From Amoebophrya sp. A120 (taxonomy: Eukaryota; Protista; Dinoflagellata), in assembly GCA_905178155.1 (NCBI GenBank), contig CAJINV010000014.1:1953888-2017887 (forward strand): a DNA stretch of 64,000 nucleotides, read 5' to 3'. The position numbers were made by a program, and so were the translations under genes. Shown here one piece after another: positions 1 to 13,091 of this stretch; the first letter of the stretch is position 1, and every line of letters starts with the position of its first letter. The notes below the pieces were generated by a model. The model did no database searches. It worked only from the letters and a program-made list of their open reading frames with translations, and was not told the DNA's origin.

Positions 1-986
1 TTCGGGATTCCAAGCGATGAATGAGTGATTTTTTGCGCTTGCGGTGGTCGTGGTCGTGGACTAAATTTGCCACGACTCACAACACTTTGTTTTCACGGAA
101 CACAAACAGAGAACTTACTTGCGCTTGGTCTTTTATGTGATTTTGGTCGTCATTCATCTTGGTTCGGCTAGCGGAAGCGGAATTAATACAACTACGAAGA
201 CCATACAGGCTCTACAATCAATGTTGATCATTTTTGACTGACGAGTCCTGTGCGGCAAAAAACCACGACCACGACCACCTCTCCGCCGGCTCAGACGCAA
301 GCATTGTTTTTTTTCTCTGTAGTGGCTGTTAGGTAAAAAAAACGCTTTTTGTAATTGTAGTCGCGCTGCTTTTCATTTTTCCAGCGCGACGCAAAAACTC
401 GCCCGAGCAGCGCATAGGTATTTCGTGTGCTTATTCCCGCACCGTGCGATCAGGCTCGCAGTGCACATTCCAAACCCGTCGCGATCCTCGTCCTCCGCGT
501 TGATGATGATGTTGGCAGTGTGCCCTTTAGCGGACTGCTGCGTGCTACTCCCTCCTCCAGCCCGAGAGCAGCTGAACGCCGATCCTCTATGACGAACAGT
601 TGATCTATACCATAAGGGCGCGGCTGTTATGAGGCTAGGTTTTTTTCGGACTTGGGTGTGGGCCTCACACTCACACACGTCGTTCAGGGGGGACCAAAAA
701 CGCACACACTGTAGCACTCTGCATTAGTGTAGGGCGAATCTGATCAGCGACCGAGCCGAGGCTATCAGCCTTGTTTTTTAGGTCCGGCGCAGGGAGTACT
801 TAAACTCCACAACGGCTCGGTCACTGTAGCTCGAGCACCGGACCCACTGCGTATTCCATGACGCAGCGCATACATTTCCCAGTATTAAAAATAAAAACTT
901 TTTGAAAAAATCTTCACAAACTCGCCCTTCAGCAGAACTTTCCTCCGACGAGGATTGATTCTCTGCTTGCGAATAGGTCTACTTTT

Positions 987-3900
987 TCACAGGAGGAATA
1001 ATCCCGAACCGGAAGCGCCAATTTGTCCCTTTGCCAATTGTTTGTACATCCGGGTGATATCTGCTTGCTCCAGGTTAATGTCAACAAAACTCTGAGTACT
1101 AGTATCGTCTTCATCTTCATCGTCCTCCATATCCGTTTCCCCCTCGTCGGTAATCTCCTGCAGCTTCTCCTCCAAAACCTTTTCACAACCGCTTAAATCG
1201 ATCAGCTCCTGTTGGAAAAATTCCAAACTCACCGGGTTGTGGGCCCTGAAAATGTTGACCTCCGGCTTCTTGAACGGAATATGGAAGCGTCAGGATTGAA
1301 ATCCTCAAAGTTCAAATAATTTCTCATGCAGAAATTGCAAGGCATGAAGTGCCTCTCTTGCAGGGATTGCAAATGAGGCCGATTGTGAGCCTGTTTCGGG
1401 TTTGGAATAGAGCTGCCAAAGTAGCATGACAAAGGGCGCCTTCTGTCCCTAAACAGCATGACAGACTGGCTTTAGACGGTGCCGAAATTTGTCATGCGCC
1501 GCTGGGAAATTGGGCTTCCAGCTGGTATCCGTATCGCTTTTATGCATTACAAATAATTTCAACTTTGACGATTTCAATCCTGACGCTTCCATACGGAATG
1601 CCCCACTCGTAGTAGACGTCGTCGAAAGAGAGTTTGTCATCTTCGTCGTCTTGTAAAGCTACCTTCCACGGCTCCGGCATGAGTGCGAGGATAAGCTCTG
1701 AAGTGTTGGCAGAAGTTGAGGTCGTTTTCTTGTCGATGTAGTCCGCGGTGAGAATCTCAGCGAGCGTGTAGGAGTTTTGCTTCTGCGGCTTGGTCGTCGT
1801 CGGTGCTGCAGTATCGATAAAGTTCTTCTACTTTTTGAAGTGAAAGCAAATGCACAGCACTACAGGAACAGGATTGAGTTTGGACACGACAAAAATTCTC
1901 TGACTATATTACAGCTGCTTGTCGTTGTCGAGAGACGAAGCCATAGTATTAACTTACACAAGAAGACATATACGGCACCGGTTCTTGCACACATAGATTA
2001 TTATCTTACCTTTCGCTTCGTCGTCGTCTCCCTCGATCTCCATGATGACATCCCCATCTTCATCATTTTCCGCTGGTTTTTTAGGCCCCGCAGCGCTAGT
2101 AATATCAGAAGTTCCTGGCAGCTTATCTTTCCCGTTCTTCCCCAAGCGACGACCTCCTGTCTCCCAATCGTATTCATCTTCGCTATTCTGCCCCAGGTTG
2201 ATCGCCGTTAAAACTTGGCACATTTCCTCTCCAATTTCCCAGAAATCCAGATCCGCCCGCTCCGCTTGCGTCAGTCCTTCGTACTTCGCCTCCCTCTCCT
2301 TCTTTTTCGCCTCGATCTTCATCTTTTTCGCTTGCTTCTTCAGCGCCGCCTTCGACGGACGAAGATCGCGGCCTGCCCTGCTGTGGTCCCGTCGGCTTCG
2401 ATATTTCAATATCTTGCGGTCGTGGTCACGGTCGCTGTAATTGTACCGATCCCGACTATGATATCTCCCATCTCCACGACCTCTCCTGTCGTTGCTCCTC
2501 CACCCGCGCTCTTCTCTGCCACGGTCACGATCTCCGCCTCTATGTAAAAATTCGCGATCTCGGTCGCGGTCGCGGTCCCGATCGCGGTCACGATCGCGGT
2601 CACGATCGCGCTCCCTGTCCCGATCCCTGTCTCTGTCCCGATCTCTGCCGCGAAGATCCCGGTCTGCTCTATCACGATCCCTATCCCGGTCCCGGAGATC
2701 TCTATCCCGATCTCTGTCCCGAATATCTCTGTCCCGGTCTCTATCCCGCCGGTCTCGGTCGTAATCCCGGTCTCTATCTCGGTCGTAATCGCGGTCTCTA
2801 TCTCGGTCGTTGTAATCCCGCTCTCTATCTCGGTCGTTGTAGTCCCGGTCTCGGTCCCACCGATCGCGATCACGGTAGTTGTCCCGGTTGCCTCGGTCTC
2901 TTCTGTCCCTTTCCCGTTCCCTGTCGCGATCTCTCATGGGATGATCCCAGTCCCTGGGCCGGAAAATCAGTGGAGAGGCGTTCGGGGAACGAGCGCCGAG
3001 CTTGATACTGTTGGCTCCTAGCACGAAGCTTGGAGGAGCTTCCTGCTTTCTCAATGTCGGCAGTTGCACCGGAGGGGGCGCGACCGCACCTTTTTTCAAA
3101 GTCGGTAACTGGAACTTCGGTGCAGCTTTGGGCCTGATGTCCTTGATGTGAAGGGCTCCTGCGGCAGTTGTAGATGCAGACAAGAACTCCGGCACGACCA
3201 CCCGGGGGGGAGAGGCTGCTCTCATTTTGTTCGCCCCAGCCGACACCACCATCGGCGCTCGATCATTGTTCCGACCGTTGTCCCTGCTTCCTTTCGGTGA
3301 TGAAGGCCGTTTCAAACCACCAGCGGGAGGAACAGCTGGTCTTAATATTCTCGGGGATGAAGCTTCTTTTTCGACGCGAGAAGGTGACACTTGTTTCTCT
3401 TTCTTCAACCAAGGGCGCGGTATCGGTTCAGGGGAAGGCTCTTTCTTTCCACCCAGAAGTTCTTGTTTCGATTTGTCGTGCACCTGCGGTGCGATTTCAA
3501 CCGTCGGACGGTCATTGACGCTCTTCTGCAAGAAATCCGGTAGTGCTAATTTTCCGACAGCTTTACTCGACGCCCCATCGGTGCCAGGTTTGTACTTGTC
3601 CTCTCGCAGGACATTGTTCGGCAGCACCATCTCTGAAGAGCGAATCCCTGCAGCACGACCAGATGACTTGTTTTCCCGCCTGCGAAGGTAAGTTTCCTTA
3701 GCAACACCTCCTCCATCCCGATCATCTTCTCGGACCCTCCCGGCCCGTCTTCCTCGGGATTCACTTCTCCGTTTGTATCTGTAAGAGCGATCACCATCAC
3801 GATCACGATCTTCTGCATCAGAAGCAAAGGTCCGCTTCAGTGGAGCAAAATCACGCAGACAAAGACGGTCTTGTTTCTTATCGCCGTCCGGGCCCGGGCC

Positions 3901-6900
3901 CCTGTCGTCCACGCGACGAGCATGAATGCTTTTCCGTGGTTCAGCTTTAATATCCTCATGACCCTTGGCCGTCGTGTAGTTGTGGTTGCTTCTTCTACCA
4001 AACACCACGCGCTGTTCGCCGGAAGAAGGCGCAGCATCTTTTTCTTGTTCTAGTTTTTTATCATCTGTTCGCGGCGGAGCAGGCGGTCGAGGAGGTCGTG
4101 ATGGATGAACATCAACATTTTCCGCTTTCTCGTCCTCTTCACTGCAGTCTTCAAAAGTCAACTTGCTCGACGTCGTCTTCCCGGGAAGGCGGAGACAGCC
4201 CCACTTCGTTTCACGACCTTGCTGTCCTTCCACCGCTTTCGCCGCCCTTTGACTTTCTATCTTCGCAATGCGATCGCGTACGGAAACGGTTGCGCCCGGA
4301 ATCATATCATTGTTCTTCCTGTCTCGGTCACCTGGTGCACCAGAGTAAATGTTGTCCTTCTTCGCATCAAGGAGCGACTTGTGATTATCTTCGACTGGCT
4401 TCATATTCATCTCTTGGTCCCTCGTCTTCTTCCCGTCGGAAATTCTAGGTTGATCGAAACTTTTACCGCTAATACCTTTTCTTCCACTTCTACTGCTTTC
4501 GTCCTTCAAATCATCATCTTCCCTCGGACTTCTATCGCCGAAACCCGTCTCCTTGCCGAACTTATAGTCGCCCAGCGCGGGCAGCTCCGAATACTCGGAG
4601 TACTTATCAGACTCTGCTTCTTCTACTTCTCTTTGCCGATTATTCTGGTTGTTTTTCATCTTTTTACTTTCGACGTTGTCAACGACTAACTTTTGTTGCT
4701 TTTCTACCGCAGAACCTGAAGATGCCCGCCTCTTCCGGTCACGATCTTTAATATTATCCGGCGGATCCTCATGCTTGATTACCGCCTTACTAGTGATTTT
4801 TGATACTGCTCCTACTTCTCCTTTCTCCCGCAGAACTTTATTCTCTTTGAAACCCTGCGTCTGATCTTTTTGATCCGTTTTGTCGACCATACTATCGCTG
4901 TGTTCTTCTTCAACATTGTCGCTGTGTTCTTCTTCTTCTTCAACAGATTCCTCTACAGCCGAAGACGAAACCGCCCCGCTGCTGCTGCTCACCTGGGATT
5001 CGTCTTCGTCATCATCCGACGATACTGCTTCATCTTCGTCGTCGTTTTGGGCCGTCGTGTCCCAAAACTTTATCTCCGCAAGCCGTCGAGGATCGGGATG
5101 TATTGGTCGTGGTAGTTGTTGATGGAAGCGGCCCCGATCAGATTTCTTCTCCGATGAACGACGTCTACCGCGCATCGTCGTTTTTCCTGGTCGTTTTTTT
5201 TCTTCTCGTTTTTTTCTCGATGAACGCTGCTGCTCCAATTCATTTTCGTCGTCATCCTTATCGTCCTTATCAGGACTGGTAACGATCGGCTCCCCATAGG
5301 CAAAGTCGGAGTCGCTCTCACTTTCACTCTCTTCCGCTTCGTCGTTCGCAGCGTCTTTATTTCTTTGGGAGTTTAGTACTTTTTCTCTTTCTGGACGACG
5401 ACCTTTTTTATTATTTTTTCCATCTTCATCCTCCACATCTTCCATTTCAACGTCCCGGCTGTAGTTGCTTGTTCTTTTCGGTCTTTTCGAGCAAGGTCCT
5501 TTCGCTTTCTCTACTACAGACGTACGCCTAGTTTTCATCGCCCTCGCGGCCGTATCAACATTTTTATCTTGTTCCCCGGCCTCCTGCTCCTCGGACTTCT
5601 CGTCCTCCGAGTGAGCAGACGAGGACTCCTGTTCAAGAGCAGGCGAATCCTCGGGCAGCAACAAAGCTCCATTTCGACTGCGCGGCTGTGGTTGATGCGG
5701 GGGTCGGATCGGTAAGATTTTGACGCTTGGACTATTTCTGCCTTCTGGAGTTTTTTTCTGCTGCTGTTGCTCTTTTTTCGCGTTCTTCTTGTTCTTTGCG
5801 GTAGCTTCTCCTTCTTTTATTTTTTCCTCGTCCGAATCATGCTGAGGATTATAACTTTCGTTCGACCTACCAGACAGCGATGACTCAGAGTTGTCGTTTT
5901 CGGAGATGATCCGCCCGTTACGGAGGGTATGAAAGTTAAAACAGAGGCCGCTTATTCCCTTGGTATTCCACTGTATTGCGTCGTGTGTGTAGGAGTAGGT
6001 CTAGGTCGTGTGCGTGTTTTGTGTCTAGTACGAATGACAAAGCCATCAAATTCGAACTGCACTGGAGCAACTTTCTTTCGAAGATGACAAGGTGCAACAG
6101 AGATTCCTCAACAAGCGAAGCACTGCAAACTACCCAGGGACGAGCGGCCTTCAACATTCTACCGATCTCATACCGCGAGTTTGCCCCTTGGTAGTTCCGT
6201 GGCGGGCGCTGGGAAGCGGCGATGCGCTTTTCTACTGGCTCCTCTCCTGGCTCCTGGTCGTCCACTTCTTCATCGTGCGCTGCCTCTAATTCCGCCTCCT
6301 CAGAAGCGGCTTCGTCCTCGGAACCGGAAGGGCAAATGCAAGGAAAAGTAAAGCGCTTAAACTTCTTTTCAATGTCAACGCTAGAGCATATTCCGAATGC
6401 TGGGGCCGAGAAGATGAAAAATATCACACAAATACATGATTTTCTGATGTGGTTTTGAAACAAGATGTTGTGATGCACATTAAAACCCTTCACTCGTGCT
6501 TCGATTGGCCCTGCGGGAAGAAAAGCTAGCTGTTTTACTTGTCCTTCATCATCCTAAATTGCTGCATGCTTTCCTCTTCCTCTTCGTCCTCAGAGACGCT
6601 GCTTCGATATTCCGGACTGTAATCCCTCAAGGCTCCCGGGATGATCAGCATGGGCGCCGGGGGAGGAGCGGGAGGATCTCCTGCGCTGGAACTAGCCGCC
6701 TGAGCAGAAGAACCTCCACCAGGACATGCGTTCCGAAAATCGCGGTCTGCCTGATTGACATGGTGAGACGACTGCTGCTCTGGGCTGTTGATTCGGTAGT
6801 TGTCCCTGTTGTGCTCCTGCCGTTGTTGGGCTGCAAACACTTCGCTGCTGCTTTCCGGGGAGGACTGGAAGTACTTTTTATCATGACGGCCCTGCTGCTG

Positions 6901-7672
6901 CTCTAGCAAGCGTCTCCTGTTTTGCGTTGGCACAGGACGCGAACGACGATGCTCACGAAAATCGTTATCTTCCGACCGCTCCGGCGAGAGTTCGTAATCA
7001 TCCTCGCCGGAGGAGTGCTCGGAAGAAGGCAACGCGGCCCGGTCATCTTGATGTTGCAGCACTCCCGCCCTTGCAGGAAGAACTCCCGCACGACCGCCAC
7101 CACCCGGATCGTTCTGACCGCCGGGGCTGTTGCTCCGGCTGCTACTGCCGCCCAAAGCGCCACTTCGATGCGCAGCAGGGCCGGGGGCTGACCTGTTCAG
7201 ACCGGCAAACAGGCTATTGATGGCTTGGTGCCCGCCTTCCTGGTTGCGCACAAATTGCTTTTTGATTTGTTCTATCCTGTGCAAAAGTATCTGTATCGTG
7301 CGGCTCGTGCTACATTGAATATAGGAATTGCAATAGCTACTTATTTGCGGTCGTGCATGGCCACAAATCTTGTACGTACTTCACGCGCAAATCAGCATGA
7401 CGACTACCGCTGGTCCTTCTGAGCAAAACTTGTTCCATCTCCAATGCAATAGCTACTACAAGAACTACGATATTTTTGCAATGCATATCTTGCTGGTTCT
7501 GCGCAGACGAGAAGGTGGAAGAGGATGGCATGGGTAGTTTAAACGCATTCGCCGCGAACTTCGTGTCAAGCTTCTTCTTTTTCGGCTCAGGATGTGCATC
7601 TTCCGCATTGGACGGGGTGCCGTTCCGTCGACGGCTGCACGCCGACGATTCAGACGAGGAGCCGTCACCCAT
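987..7672 (-). CDS. Large low-complexity hypothetical protein with Arg-Asp (RD) repeat region (SR/RD-rich, possibly nuclear); multi-exon
   Basis: ORFs 7337-7720, 6535-7284, 5936-6493, 1954-5664 and 987-1232 join in frame after removing elements 7273-7487, 5928-6172 and 1280-1593 (+5 nt each) and a GT-AG intron at ~1807-2009. The junction at ~6333-6538 and the start codon are unresolved. Confidence 0.7.
1280..1593. mobile_element. Introner-like TIR element, family A
   Basis: TIR TATGGAAGCGTCAGGATTGAAATC...; TSD CGGAA (1275-1279/1594-1598); removal gives EWGIP|FKKPEV. Confidence 0.95.
2555..2935 (-). repeat. Coding RD/RE dipeptide repeat
   Basis: Translation DRDRDRERDR... inside ORF 1954-5664. 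Confidence 0.9.
5928..6172. mobile_element. Decayed introner-like element
   Basis: TATG...CATA ends, residual TIR (AGGCCGCT..TCCCT.GGTA), TSD lost; removal +5 nt gives ANSR|RNGRII in frame. Confidence 0.6.
7273..7487. mobile_element. Introner-like element, family C (aged)
   Basis: TATCCTGTGCAAAAGTATC...GATATTTTTGCAATGCATA; TSD TGTTC/TCTTG; removal gives NQQE|IKKQF. Confidence 0.8.
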
Positions 7673-10600
7673 TCGGTATGCAAGGAAAGAGAGGCAAGCT
7701 ATTTTTTCGAACAACTGCATTGTTGCTGTCCATGTGTGTAAAGATGGCCATGAATCATCTGTCCAATTTCAGATAGACCGGGGTGAGCAAGTTCCCTCGC
7801 TCTTAGACTTCTTTTCGCTTTTGCATAACCTCTAATCGTACTAGCTACAGCACCTCATCACAGTCGTCGTAGCAGCTTCCTTGTCGACTTGGCTGAAAAT
7901 TATCCAGGATTACCTTCACGAACAACAAAGACATGTCATCATTGGCGCATGCTCCTATCGGCTCCTTGCTTCGTGATGATGATCTATCGCCCCAACATTT
8001 CGAACATTTTTGATGTGCTTCTAGTTGTTGGAAAAGATTGGAGCTGCAAACTCCGCCTCTGTATGGGATTCTCTGGATAAGTGAAAAAACCCATCATCTT
8101 TTGGTGGTCGTGGGTCGCGTTTCGACGTTATGGACGCTGCGCTTCCAACATCTCGTGTTGTCTTTCCCCTCAGGGCCGCATTTCCGACAGAAAGGCAGTT
8201 GATAAGTCCTCTCGCAGGTCGCGACCCTCCTCCTCTTGTCGTTGTCTTTCCTTGCTGTACCTCCTCGACAGCCGAGGACTCCGTGGGGGAGCGGTTATTG
8301 AAAAGACAAGACTAGCTAAAGCGGCAACATTTCTGCAACCCTACAGTGTCAGAGAGGTAGATACTGATATCGCCTGAGAAAGAGGAACAACAGCGCTTCA
8401 GGAGATGAAAAACTGCTTTCATTGGAAAACTATTTTTACCCCGAATGCTGCAACAAAACACAGCTTCCGCTGCACCTGATTTTCAAAAGAAAACATATGC
8501 CATCAACATTTTGATTTTGAGCCTGTATGAAATACAACGCGACCTGTTCTGCATGCTGAAGCTTATTTTCACGGCTTGAGATTGAGTTCTGCTTTCAGAC
8601 GACTTGAAATGCCAAGTCACGTTCTTGCACACCATCAAAAGCATGCATCTTATCATGTTTTTATTGCAGCGGGCCGCCAGTCTTTTCCTTTTCGAAACGC
8701 TCATCACTGTCACTGAACTCGCCCTTTTTCGATCGGAGAAGGCCGGCGCGTTTAGGTGGCATCCTGCAACTCTACTGCGACTTGTTGAGTTGGAAAAGAA
8801 GCGAATCAGCTGCAGGCCAGCGCGACCAATTCGATCTTTAACGGCACCTCGTCGTACCAAACGCTCTACGCTAAGTATTTCCAGACGCGACCGTGCTGTA
8901 AAGAATGCCCGAGCAGCTCTCGACAGCTCGCCTGACAAAACCCCACTTTGATGGCGTGACGTGGTGGGCGGGGCACAAGAGTTCTACTTCTAATTCTTCG
9001 CTGCTTTCGACAAATTCATCTGTAGCTTTGTTGCCATCAATTTTTCCTCCATGATGCGGGAGAGCAGCAAAGTCCCGATCAAACTCAGTTGTCCTGGTGG
9101 TATGGGTAAACGCGGCTTCTTGTGGTCTTCGTGGTGGTTCGCTCCGCCAGAAAAATGTCATCAATGTGCTGCGCCGAAAGAAACGTGTAAAGACGGTCTC
9201 AGAAGCTATGGTCGTTGAGGTTGATGCGTGTCCTTGCGAGCTCCTCGTCACACGAAGAATTCAGGGTAACCGCACTACGTTTGTGCGCGCGTCCGAGGAT
9301 AAATTTTGGTTATCAACAATCGGAAATTGCATGTGTGAGCAGCGGGGAATCTTTTTCGTGTTCTACTTTACCCATTAGACGGACAAGCAACTTTGATCAA
9401 GCAGCAGATGAAGCGTAGAGAGAGATAGAGACACAGACAACACCCACTCTCGCTTCTTTACATACCACATCACTGAGGCTGTTGATATGATGGAGTAATA
9501 GATGTGGCGGCAACAAATTATCATATCTATGGCATCATCAATAAAATAAATGACTGAGACTGATCACGACACACAAGAGAATCTGTCATCGCTGCTGCAA
9601 CATCGGGGCTCGAACCAAGGGAACGGTTAAGGATCGACGAGTATATCGATACATACAAGCTACCCGGCGGGCGGCAGGCGACGGCAGGCGAGCACCCACG
9701 GAAAATGCGGCGACGAAGAGATAACCGCGCTGAGCAGCGCTCACTCCACGCGCGCCATAAGCACAAGCGCGAAAATATATATGTATCAATTGAACAAGAG
9801 ACGGCCGCGGCGCCGCGCCATTGCTTGGCTGGGCAGACGGGGCTCGGGCGTCTGGCTACGTACTGTCTGACACACAGGCACCATACGCGCGGCGGCCCGG
9901 GCCATTCGCCCATACGTAGGCCCGAGCGCCGCGCCCACGCCTCCCTACGTGGGCGCCTTTCCACGCCCGGCAAGATCAAAACACCAAACCGGACGCAGCC
10001 GCCGCGGCCGCCGCCGGCCCAATTGGCCGGCGGCACTGAAATCGGCGCGCCTGACTGCCCTGATGCAAACAACCGGGGGGGGGGGGCGCGGAAGGATACC
10101 ACCCGCCCGGCGGACGCGCGCCCGCGCAGGCAGCAGGGCCATGGGTGCCGGCCCAGCCTACCAGCCAAGGAATGGCGCCCCTCGCCCCCCCCGGCGCCCA
10201 AACAGGCCTCAAAGCAGGGGCCCACCCAAACAGCAAGGGCGCGCCACTTACAAAGAACGAAGCCCAAGGCAAGGAAGCACCCGGGCCACCGGCAAAAGAG
10301 AAACACCAAAACCGCGCGCCACGCGCGCGCGCCGTCTTCGCTTATCTGCGCGCGGGTTCTCGGACCCCCATCCCCCTTCGTTTTTAACATCCGCAGAGCG
10401 CCCCGGCGCGCGCGCGCCTCCCGACCTTCGGCAAGCTCTTGGGGGTAGAGAATCATAGCCGCGCCGGGGGGCCGCGCGCAAACTTTGCGGACTCATCCCC
10501 GCGAAATGTTAACCAGTCACCTGGGCAGATCGCGCGCGTGGCGTTTGTTTCTGACCAATCAAGACGGCGCGTCAGGCGGACCACGTACCACCTACCGGGG

Positions 10601-11204
10601 CCAAATTCTCCGAGAGGTCCCGCGTTTCGCTTTCCGCGCCGACGCCTCCAAGGCGGGGCGGCTTCAGGCCGGTTCGGAGGCGCGCGGAGTGCGGCCCTGC
10701 ATACGACTCCGCGCGCGCTGATATGGGCCCAGGTCGACTCCTCTACGGAGCCGCTTGGGAGCTTGGAGCAGGTCTGTCGAGATTGAAGCCGCCCCCTGAA
10801 GCAGTTTTATCGAGATCGAAGTGGGAAAGTCAGCCGCTATTGCCAAAAGCGCCCGCGCCTCCCTCCCCAGGCGCTTGCAGGCCGCGACGGTGGGCCCACC
10901 GACAAGAGGCGGCGCCGCTCTGCGGAGATTCAGACTGTTTGTAGAAAAATAGTCACGACAGGCGAAACATGTATGCGCGGCGTGCTTCATCTTCTTTCGA
11001 AATTCATGGAGCGAACACGTCGAATGTTGATGGTTTGCGCGTCTTGCGCTGCGCTAGAGATCAGAAATCTACGTGCTCATCCTGCAGCGCGCTTTGTGTT
11101 CATCAGTCGCAGTGCGACAACTTATCAAGTTCGCGTCGTCCTCACCTCACTTCGTTGCCAGTGCCTGTTCGACATTTTTCTCGCTCACGAAACAACAAGC
11201 GCCA

Positions 11205-13091
11205 TCAGAATTTATACACTTGCCACAACACCAGCAACAATATCACCAAACTGGGTGCCCAGTGGATCAGCACCGCGGAAACGCTGGTGTAGCGGCCGCA
11301 GAAGAAGACCCAGAGCGCCAGTATCACGGAGTTCCAATGTTTGAACCCGCCGTACTGCATGTTATTCAGCACGTCCGCAACGTACGTGTGGCAGTTGTCG
11401 ACGCAGCCCTTGTGCGATCGACCGGGAGTATGAAAATGGAAAAACTTCTTCATTAGTACATTGGTGAAAGTACTGCTCGAACACGAGAGGCCGTTAACGA
11501 CTTCGAGAAACAATCACACACGGCGACATCTTCGACATACACAAACGATGAGCCATGCGGTCATACAAAGACGAACCAAGGCTTTGTGCACAGGAAAAAT
11601 AAAAGCATAGCACTTTTATTCATCGAGCATGCTTTTCTGATAGAAAACGAAAAGAAGAAATCTTTCACAGTTCATAACGGCACTGGCGATTCCCAAGCGA
11701 CAACCCGTCATTCCAGTTGAGCTTGTGCGCGGAAGCGGGCTTGAGTGGGATATACCTGGTAAGATTGATTTTTGACTCCACAAATGCAATCAAGTAGAAC
11801 GTGAAAAGCAGTGTGACGCAAATCTTGGAGAACAATACAAAAGGAAAGTATGATGCTCATCGAACAATTCCACCCTGCATTCACTTTCATCAGCGACTTT
11901 AGGAAATGACTTGACAAACTCTCTCCCAGCACTATACCTCAGAACCGGTCCGAACGCCAGTCCACCCCCGCAGCTCGCTCCGAGGCCCATGAACTCGTAG
12001 ATGTCTCCCTTTTCGTCCGCAATCCCCATGTGCCCCACGACCGGGAACAACCACGTGAGCCCGCAAATGCTGCACCACACGATAGAGCTCGGAAAGATTT
12101 CCTTGTCGAAATCGAACCGGGGTGGAGGACCATCAACTCCGGCAGACTGTGGTTGATGATGAAAGTTATGATCTCTGTCTAACTGGTCTAAACCTCCGCC
12201 GTGCATCTCCCTGCTCCTCGACCTTGTCCGCCCCAGAGCATTCAGCGCTGCAGTGCTGCTGGTGATGCTTGCGGTGGTGCTGGATTCGCCGATCAATCCT
12301 CCACCACTTGTTCCTGACGATGATACTAATCTCATCTCCTGTATTAAGACCTGATCAGGCGAGTTGGAGCCGGAATGGGGCGAGTTGCTGCTGGAACTAC
12401 CCGCAGACCCGGCGCCACCGCCTCGGTGGTGCTGTCCGAAAAGCTGCGTTGTAGTTCCGGTTCCGCCTGCGCGGTCGCCCAGCAACGCCGCGCCGGAGTT
12501 CCTTCTCGACGAGCTCGCGCTCTCGTTCGCTGACAACCCCGTGCTGAGGTTGCTCCCAGATGATATTAAGGCCGGTGGCAGCATCGCTTCCCTACTTAAC
12601 GCCCGTTGGGTGGTGACCGCGGAGCGAAGCTCATCGTGGTCGTAGTGGTCTAGTGTGCTGTCCGGAGCGGAAGTAGAGGTGCGGAGGTGGCGCTCGTTCG
12701 GAGGATGTTGTGCTCTACTACTCGAGGAGGAGGAATGGCCACCATGCTGCTGGTTAATATTTCTGTTCTCCCTTATCGCCGGATCGTACAATACCGGTGA
12801 AATCTCCTCCGCGTCTACTACTCCGACTACCTCTTGGAGTCGAGCTGGGTAGGGTGAGCGATGAGAGGAAGTTGCCATGTTGATGTTTCGGCTGTTGCTA
12901 ATGGTGGAACTTATTTTCTGGGTTGAGGATGATGAACTTAAATCATTTTTCGGGTTTTTAACAATGCTAGCGTCTGTTGTTGTTTTACTGTTTGTTTTCT
13001 CGTCCTCTATGAAAATTGTAACTACCTCCTCTGGGGCTACGATTTGCGCGTCGTTTTGATCGCTGCGTTTCTTGTCATCTAAATGACTCAT
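11205..13091 (-). CDS. TMEM222 / RTE1-like (DUF778) membrane protein with long low-complexity N-terminus
   Basis: Motifs FPSSIVW..I..LTWLFPVVGHMGIAD..G.IYEF, LAFGPVLRY and DNCHTYVADVLNNMQYGG..WNSV.L..WVFFCGRY match the family; GT-AG intron ~11756-11937 and decayed introner 11429-11676. Confidence 0.85.
11429..11676. mobile_element. Decayed introner-like element
   Basis: Left end TATGAAAATGGAAAAACTTCTTC vs reverse complement of right end TATGAACTGTGAAAGATTTCTTC; TSD lost; removal +5 nt joins GNRQCR|GRSHKGCVDNCH. Confidence 0.6.

Noticed and set aside
1229-1640. Short ORFs with recurring peptides (MEASGLKSSKLK, LPDPDIF, MSGSGR, NFEDFNPD) as a protein family
   Set aside because: These are translations of the TIRs; the elements are too short to encode a transposase.
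8380-9380. Possible gene or pseudogene in intergenic ORFs
   Set aside because: Stops occur in all frames, with no recognisable motif or introner-type junctions.
9527-10456. 309-aa and 247-aa ORFs in GC island 1, and the 262-aa ORF at 30097-30885
   Set aside because: Open in several frames because high GC depletes stop codons; R/P/A/G-rich with no protein-like motifs.
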